Below are positions 15,362 to 20,000 of a stretch of 20,000 nucleotides of DNA, piece by piece (within the stretch, counting starts at the first letter, position 1; the number at the start of each line of letters is the position of its first letter). The stretch is from an uncultured virus (IMG/VR IMGVR_UViG_3300025128_000024) (Duplodnaviria; Heunggongvirae; Uroviricota; Caudoviricetes): IMG/VR virus record IMGVR_UViG_3300025128_000024. One strand, 5' to 3'. The notes beneath the pieces are model-generated. The model was not told the origin of the DNA and did no database searches. It saw only the letters and a list, made by a program, of their open reading frames with translations. A program made the position numbers and the translations under genes.

Positions 15362-16156
15362 ATGTTAAAATTCTCAAAAGCCAACGCCAAAACGCAAGCA
15401 CTCGCCAACGATCCTGAACTCGCAGATTATCTAACTGACAAGCGTAAAATTTATTCGCTTGACCTGCTCAGTGGCTACTCATGCCCATACGCTGAAAAGT
15501 GTTTGTCTAAGGCAGTCGTGCAGGACAACGGTAAGCGTAAAATCCGTGACGGCAAGCACACAGAATTCCGCTGTTTCTCAGCGTCGCAAGAGGTGCAGTA
15601 TACCAACGTATACAATTCACGCAAGCACAATTTTGATCTGTTGCGTAATTCAGATTACGATGAGATGGTTGAACTGATTCATGGCTCACTACCTAAAGAT
15701 GCAGGTATTGTACGCATCCACGTTGCAGGCGACTTCTTCAGCAGAGACTACATGCACGCATGGTATATAGTCGCACTTAGGAATCCTAGAACATTATTCT
15801 ATGCTTATACTAAGTCTCTACGATTTTGGGTAGGTGACCTTACTGAAAATCCCGAACTATGGAATTTCGTTTTGACCGCCTCATACGGTGGACGTGACGA
15901 CCATATGATTGACGAGTTCAACCTACGTTCAGCGAAAGTCGTATTTAGCGAAGCGGAAGCGGCAGAGCTAGGCTTAGAGATTGACCACGACGACAGCCAC
16001 GCGGCAAAGCCAACATTACGAGATGATAGTTTCGCACTACTGATACACGGCACGCAACCGGCAGGTAGTGACGCATCGACAGCACTAAAACAACTAAAGG
16101 GTAAAGGTTCATACTCACGCAAGAAGCAAAAGGAGACTGACATGTTAGCTACGTAG
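15362..16156 (+). CDS. GP88-family protein (three-Cys, radical-SAM-like fold suspected)
   Basis: SGYSCPYAEKC...RCFSASQE...VRIHVAGDFF...FYAYTKS is characteristic of the gene product 88 family. Confidence 0.75.
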   Translation: MLKFSKANAKTQALANDPELADYLTDKRKIYSLDLLSGYSCPYAEKCLSKAVVQDNGKRKIRDGKHTEFRCFSASQEVQYTNVYNSRKHNFDLLRNSDYDEMVELIHGSLPKDAGIVRIHVAGDFFSRDYMHAWYIVALRNPRTLFYAYTKSLRFWVGDLTENPELWNFVLTASYGGRDDHMIDEFNLRSAKVVFSEAEAAELGLEIDHDDSHAAKPTLRDDSFALLIHGTQPAGSDASTALKQLKGKGSYSRKKQKETDMLAT

Positions 16157-16165
16157 GAGAAATAT

Positions 16166-16231
16166 ATGCTTGAATTAATTGTTGCATTTCTAATTTTAGG
16201 TTTACTTGGTAATGATACCACAGGAGAATGA
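16166..16231 (+). CDS. 21-aa hydrophobic peptide (not in track)
   Basis: MLELIVAFLILGLLGNDTTGE; AGGAG RBS; apparent paralog of 12410-12469. Confidence 0.6.
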   Translation: MLELIVAFLILGLLGNDTTGE

Positions 16232-16232
16232 T

Positions 16233-16523
16233 ATGTTGAAAATTGGTAGTAAGGTTCGCTTCACCTACTTGAAAGAAGCACAAAAGGGAATAGTCAATGG
16301 AATCCTTACAGCAGACTATGCCGCCAAAGCGGAAAACTATAAAGGTAAGGTTGTTGATGTTCGTTCTCTTAAACAGAATCCCGTTTCAAAGCAGACGTTG
16401 CGATATGGCAACATCAAAGGCGACAGGTCAGAAAATCTGGTCTATGTCGAGCTGAAGAACGGGGACACCAAAGCGTTCTATGATGGACGCATGGTAAACC
16501 TTAAGGTTAGGAAATACGCCTAG
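16233..16523 (+). CDS. Hypothetical basic protein, 96 aa, possibly SH3-like
   Basis: ATG 16233 follows AGGAG (the track starts at 16206). Confidence 0.75.
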   Translation: MLKIGSKVRFTYLKEAQKGIVNGILTADYAAKAENYKGKVVDVRSLKQNPVSKQTLRYGNIKGDRSENLVYVELKNGDTKAFYDGRMVNLKVRKYA

Positions 16524-16529
16524 CCGATA

Positions 16530-16580
16530 GCGGCAAAGGGGGTTAGGTCGAATGGCCGTTACCCCCTAGCCGCCTTTTCT
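16530..16580 (+). terminator. Probable intrinsic terminator
   Basis: GCGGC-AGGGGG...CCCCCT-GCCGC interrupted stem followed by CTTTTCT, right after a stop codon. Confidence 0.6.
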
Positions 16581-16596
16581 ATTTATGTCTCAGCAC

Positions 16597-16657
16597 TACC
16601 CCGCCGGTTGGGGGGTGGGCAAAAAAAGGGCGGGGGGTTTTTTGAGATTCAGTCTCA
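16597..16657 (+). repeat. GC hairpin/A-tract cassette copy E plus palindromic operator copy 5 (16643-16657)
   Basis: TACCCCGCCGGTTGGGGGGTGGGCAAAAAAAGGGCGGGGGGTTTTTTGAGATTCAGTCTCA. Confidence 0.85.
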
Positions 16658-16694
16658 ATAAGAAAAATAATTTGGAATTCTTTAAAGTTTTCGT

Positions 16695-16722
16695 TTGACA
16701 ACGCCGATATATATAGTATACT
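16695..16722 (+). promoter_or_regulatory. Sigma70 early promoter (CGATA class)
   Basis: TTAAAGTTTTCGT-TTGACA-16 nt with GCCGATA-TATACT. Confidence 0.85.
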
Positions 16723-16743
16723 GATAGTATGAAGGAGAATGAT

Positions 16744-16941
16744 ATGGTTAAAATCACGCACAACTACCTATGCCGCCATTGTCGCAATACGTTTGACATT
16801 ACATTCGATACTGACGACTTAGATAGATGGTTCAAAACTTGCGACCGTGACCACATTGATTACCTGACAGATAATGAGATTGAGCTTATACAGTTCAACA
16901 GGTGTCAGCCGTGTCACGATAAAAAGTTCGGATTTACATAA
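16744..16941 (+). CDS. Small Zn-finger-like protein (CRHC...CQPC), 65 aa
   Basis: Two CxxC pairs; ATG 16744 follows AAGGAG (the track starts at 16729). Confidence 0.75.
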   Translation: MVKITHNYLCRHCRNTFDITFDTDDLDRWFKTCDRDHIDYLTDNEIELIQFNRCQPCHDKKFGFT

Positions 16942-16948
16942 AAATAAC

Positions 16949-16976
16949 TTGACAACCAGTTATACTATGGTATAAT
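16949..16976 (+). promoter_or_regulatory. Sigma70 promoter, extended -10 class
   Basis: TTGACA-16 nt ending TATGG-TATAAT, followed by ATTAGTATA. Confidence 0.9.
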
Positions 16977-17017
16977 ATTAGTATATCACAACACTACTTT
17001 TTTTAGGGGTTCACATT

Positions 17018-17911
17018 ATGAACATTTCTTATTCTGACATTGCCGCAACTGTTCGTGAGGCATTCAACTTTGAAGTTATTAAGCTACCGCTATCCGGTGC
17101 TGATAACCACTACACGCCGTGGTACGGTCTATTCCGTGATGACGACGGCAAATACGTTGGCAGTAGTTCCATTACTGAACGCTACGTCCCGCATACTACG
17201 GATGACGTTTGTGCATTGGTGGAAGCCGCTGCGAATGTTTTTGAGGGTGACGTAGACCTTCAATGCCATTTCAAAGATGGCCATTATGTGTCAATCGCAC
17301 CTAGCAATGATTATCGCCATTCCGTTTATGGGACGGACGATAACATTTTCGCACGGATGGTAATATCATTCGGATTCGATAAAGAATCATGTGTTGCTAG
17401 TTTTGGCGGTTGGCGTGATGCTTGTGATAATCTTATGTTGCCTCGCTTGGTTGAGGGTACTAGGGTTTCTATCCGTCACACCCGTTCCCTACGTTCCAAG
17501 ATGGATGATCTAATCGCCACCTTTGGACGTTTGGAACAGGGATGGGAAAACCTCACAGCTATGGCTGATGAGATGCAATCTCGTGAAGTTCGATTGAACG
17601 AATTTCTTGACACTGTTTATGGTACGCCTGATCCTGATGCTCAGGGTCGCTCTGTCACGATTCATAAGAATCGCACAGAATCCATTATGAGACGTGTGAT
17701 GCGTGAACGATGGCGAACTGGCCGACCTGCTCTTGCTTCTGATTTCCGTGTGTCTGCTTGGGAAGCGTATAACGCTGTTCAAGGCCATGCACAGCACGAT
17801 GCTACTCGACGGGCTAGACGTGGCGACACGATAGCAAAGTTCGACCGCATACTGCTTGCAAGCAACGACAAAGCGGTGTTGGATGCTGAGAAGCTGGCCA
17901 TGTCCGCCTAG
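17018..17911 (+). CDS. DUF932/DUF945-family protein (phage/plasmid TIGR03299-like)
   Basis: ERYVPH, RDACDNLM (R-x-x-C-x-N), IRHT and SAWEAYNAVQ...H motifs. Confidence 0.75.
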   Translation: MNISYSDIAATVREAFNFEVIKLPLSGADNHYTPWYGLFRDDDGKYVGSSSITERYVPHTTDDVCALVEAAANVFEGDVDLQCHFKDGHYVSIAPSNDYRHSVYGTDDNIFARMVISFGFDKESCVASFGGWRDACDNLMLPRLVEGTRVSIRHTRSLRSKMDDLIATFGRLEQGWENLTAMADEMQSREVRLNEFLDTVYGTPDPDAQGRSVTIHKNRTESIMRRVMRERWRTGRPALASDFRVSAWEAYNAVQGHAQHDATRRARRGDTIAKFDRILLASNDKAVLDAEKLAMSA

Positions 17912-17926
17912 TTTACCTAGTGTTGT

Positions 17927-17966
17927 GCCGGTGGCGTCACTTCTCCCAGTGGCGTCGCCGGTTTTT
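17927..17966 (+). terminator. Intrinsic terminator
   Basis: CCGGTGGCGTCACT-tctccc-AGTGGCGTCGCCGG (14 bp including 3 G-U) followed by TTTTT. Confidence 0.8.
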
Positions 17967-17970
17967 CACT

Positions 17971-18017
17971 TCCCCCACCATACGGGGGGTTGACAGAAAA
18001 ATGCCCCCGCACTTTTT
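17971..18017. repeat. GC hairpin/A-tract cassette copy F (core flipped)
   Basis: CCCCC-ACCATAC-GGGGG, then AGAAAAATGCCCCCGCACTTTTT, nearly the reverse complement of the core in copy C. Confidence 0.7.
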
Positions 18018-18081
18018 GTGCCAATGCAAATAAACCCACCTACAACATATTGTATGTACTTAATTTTTATCTAAATATCTA

Positions 18082-18109
18082 TTGCGTATATGTCGATATA
18101 TGTTATAAT
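18082..18109 (+). promoter_or_regulatory. Sigma70-like promoter (CGATA class) with no downstream ORF
   Basis: TTGCGT-atatgtCGATAtatgt (16)-TATAAT. Confidence 0.65.
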
Positions 18110-18168
18110 GTCTATATGTACACTAACTATATATGGACATGATTATTTATACTGGATAGTAGGCTTAT

Positions 18169-18213
18169 TGATATTGAGTCTCAGTATCATTATCTTATTG
18201 AGATTCAGTCTCA
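18169..18213. promoter_or_regulatory. Tandem palindromic operators, copies 6 and 7 (30-bp period)
   Basis: TGATATT-G-AGTCTCA (18169-18183) and TGAGATT-C-AGTCTCA (18199-18213), each preceded by CTTAT. Confidence 0.65.
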
Positions 18214-18246
18214 TTAGTGATGGGGCTGTCTCGTCTTATCTACGCC

Positions 18247-18509
18247 AGTTAAAGTGATATGTATACAGCCAGCGGTTTTGGGGCGAAGTGTCGCGCCTGA
18301 TTCTATCGAGTTAAAGTTATATGTATACAGCCAGCGGTTTTGTCGTTCCCGAGCCTATAAGGTCAAGTGATATAGTTATAGCCAGCGGATTTTTGTGTTT
18401 TTTATTAAAGATTTTAGTTGACATATGTCGATGATATGTTATGATATGGTGTGGAAGGAGTTTGTATTGGCTTAACCGTCCACGTCAAGTGATTTATATA
18501 TAGCCAGCG
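18247..18509 (+). repeat. Four direct repeats of ~29-34 bp
   Basis: AGTTAAAGTGATATGTATACAGCCAGCGGTTTTG at 18247, a 1-mismatch copy at 18309, and degenerate copies at 18360 and 18482. Confidence 0.85.
18418..18445 (+). promoter_or_regulatory. Sigma70 promoter (CGAT class) between repeats 3 and 4
   Basis: TTAAAG upstream; TTGACA-tatgtCGATgatatgt (16)-TATGAT. Confidence 0.75.
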
Positions 18510-18529
18510 AAAATAAGGATCTTATAAGA

Positions 18530-18691
18530 ATGAAAGAAAATAGTTTAATTACGGCGGGCAATGTTATTACTACTGTACTATTAACTGTAGCGAGTGATCG
18601 TTTATATATAGACGAGTCTCCGTTATTTTATGTAGTAGGGGCTTGTAATGTATTTCTATTAATTGGTGTATTAACAAGGATTGTAAAATAA
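18530..18691 (+). CDS. 53-aa membrane protein with two hydrophobic segments (not in track)
   Basis: MKENSLITAGNVITTVLLTVASDRLYIDESPLFYVVGACNVFLLIGVLTRIVK; AAGGA upstream. Confidence 0.55.
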   Translation: MKENSLITAGNVITTVLLTVASDRLYIDESPLFYVVGACNVFLLIGVLTRIVK

Positions 18692-18692
18692 T

Positions 18693-19103
18693 ATGGGTAA
18701 AGGTCAGAAAAAATGTCCAGAATGTGGTGTCATTAATGGGGCGCGCGCATATCAATGTAAAGAATGTGATTATGCATTTCCAAATAAACATGGACGTATA
18801 CGTTATAGTAAGAGGCCGGTACGAGATTGGCGCGATTTGAAACGAGGAGATTGCGTTCGTGTCGTTGGCGGTTCTGGTAGCTACTACGAGAGTCCAGAGA
18901 CAGGTGAGCGTACATATATGTCATCCAAAGGAAAATATAAGGTAGATAGTGTTACTAGCAATGGTATAGTTGCATATGGTATTGGAAAGAATAACACTGG
19001 ATGTCAATTTATATATATGGGTGTACATAAACAATCTAATTTAGTAGATAATATGTATAATTCTCCACATAAACTTGTGCGCATAAATAATCCGCGCCGC
19101 TAA
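18693..19103 (+). CDS. Zn-ribbon (CPEC...CKEC) protein with a beta-rich C-terminal domain
   Basis: Two CxxC pairs at the N-terminus; LKRGDCVRV SH3-like start. Confidence 0.8.
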   Translation: MGKGQKKCPECGVINGARAYQCKECDYAFPNKHGRIRYSKRPVRDWRDLKRGDCVRVVGGSGSYYESPETGERTYMSSKGKYKVDSVTSNGIVAYGIGKNNTGCQFIYMGVHKQSNLVDNMYNSPHKLVRINNPRR

Positions 19104-19148
19104 TTAGATCAAATTGTTAATTTATGTATGTTTTTTATAAAGAATAGC

Positions 19149-19176
19149 TTGCATAATGGCCGAAATATAATATAGT
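19149..19176 (+). promoter_or_regulatory. Degenerate sigma70 promoter (CGA class)
   Basis: TTGCAT-aatggcCGAAAtataa (16)-TATAGT. Confidence 0.55.
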
Positions 19177-19196
19177 ATATATACAAAGGAGTACAA

Positions 19197-19478
19197 ATGG
19201 ATTATAATACAGACTTAGATAAACGAACACTTGTGGATATAATGACAGAGGTGTATGATGATATTAATAATGACGAACTATGGGACGCATACATAAGCAT
19301 ATCTGACGCTGTTAGATACGGATCGCCGCGCGAGGTGGAAACATTTGCGGAGATGACGACTATGGATATGGACGAACAGTTGCGCTGGAGACAGATTATG
19401 GCAGAGAGAGGTATTGAATTAACACCTAGACAAGTAGAACATTATATATCTCTTGTTGAACTTATACTTGGTATCTAA
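19197..19478 (+). CDS. Hypothetical acidic helical protein, 93 aa
   Basis: AAGGAG RBS. Confidence 0.75.
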   Translation: MDYNTDLDKRTLVDIMTEVYDDINNDELWDAYISISDAVRYGSPREVETFAEMTTMDMDEQLRWRQIMAERGIELTPRQVEHYISLVELILGI

Positions 19479-19760
19479 CTCATATATTTTTGGGTATTTT
19501 TGGGGGCGTGTGTGTTATTATGCGCTTATTGCAGGCCAGCTAGGTTGAAAACTAAAATATTACTATCCGTATATCTCTGTATATCTCTATTGTGGTATAT
19601 GTATATATTATATATGTATACTGTATATGTAGTGTTTAGTAGATATGGTTAATCGTGTCTAACTTCCCTTTGCTTGTGTATTATATAGGTAAGGAATTAA
19701 ATCGTAATTGGGCGCAAAACCCACAGATCAATATTAAAATAGGAATTAAATGGGAATAAA

Positions 19761-20000
19761 ATGAAAATTGGAATCATTTCTGGATATTTTAATCCGATAC
19801 ATACGGGACACTTAGATTATATAGAAGCCGCCAAGCAAAAGTGCGGTGTTTTATATGTTATTGTCAATAATGACGCTCAGGTAAATGTCAAAGGAAGCGT
19901 GGCGTTTATGAACGAGGGCGATAGAGTGAGAATAGTCAAAGCCCTTCAAGCTGTGAACTACGCCTTTGTGTCAGTTGATGAAGACGCTAGTGTTGTTAAA
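19761..20000 (+). CDS. HxGH cytidylyltransferase/nucleotidyltransferase (TagD, RfaE domain II or RibL-like), 5' part only
   Basis: Manual translation MKIGIISGYFNPIHTGHLDYIEAAKQKCGVLYVIVNND...KG...FMNEGDRVRIVKAL; HTGH motif; runs off the window. Confidence 0.85.
   Translation, partial: MKIGIISGYFNPIHTGHLDYIEAAKQKCGVLYVIVNNDAQVNVKGSVAFMNEGDRVRIVKALQAVNYAFVSVDEDASVVK

Noticed and set aside
9620..16643. GC/A-tract cassettes as IS/MITE ends or plain Rho-independent terminators
   Set aside because: No transposase or target-site duplication seen. The T-tract follows the non-pairing GC core rather than the hairpin, and separate probable terminators precede copies E and F.
18247..18509. Canonical CRISPR array
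   Set aside because: Only two near-identical repeats, very unequal spacers, a promoter inside one spacer, and no cas genes in the window. Kept as a repeat cluster.
8455..18924. Minus-strand ORFs and alternate-frame plus ORFs in the island (e.g. 9118, 9137, 9691, 9911, 10032, 11358, 13092, 15459, 15805, 17040, 17510, 18570)
   Set aside because: They are antisense to or overlap genes that have promoters and RBSs, or they run across promoter and repeat elements. All promoters identified in this region face plus.
19480..19670. AT-rich TATATG low-complexity stretch as an origin or small ORF
   Set aside because: No discrete repeat unit or RBS-supported ORF could be defined.
1..20000. Stop-codon reassignment, introns or inteins
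   Set aside because: Genes tile densely under the standard code, and terL and the other long ORFs appear uninterrupted with no intein motifs noticed.

Overview
This is a segment of a large tailed dsDNA phage (Caudoviricetes) genome, read with the standard code. Left arm (1-~7930, all minus strand): a tightly packed packaging/late operon. In transcription order it holds a small ORF, a virion-type hypothetical, a short sigma-region-2 protein, an HTH/coiled-coil protein (small terminase candidate), GDP-mannose 4,6-dehydratase, an HNH nuclease, an ERCC4 nuclease, a ClpP-like protease, the large terminase and the portal (truncated by the window edge). Right arm (~8280-20000, all plus strand): an early/host-takeover-like island of more than 30 mostly tiny genes, many below the ORF-track cutoff. 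It is driven by about 18 near-consensus sigma70 promoters that share extra motifs. The island carries several repeat families: (i) 7 copies of a Fur-box-like palindrome TGAGAnn-n-AGTCTCA; (ii) a hairpin + A-tract/GC-core/T-tract cassette recurring every ~1.4-1.9 kb in both orientations; (iii) two GTGAC-N7-GTCAC promoters; (iv) a phased 4-copy ~29-34 bp repeat at 18247-18509; (v) two candidate structured RNAs. The window ends in the 5' part of an HxGH cytidylyltransferase-family gene. All family calls come from visual motif recognition, with no database searches.
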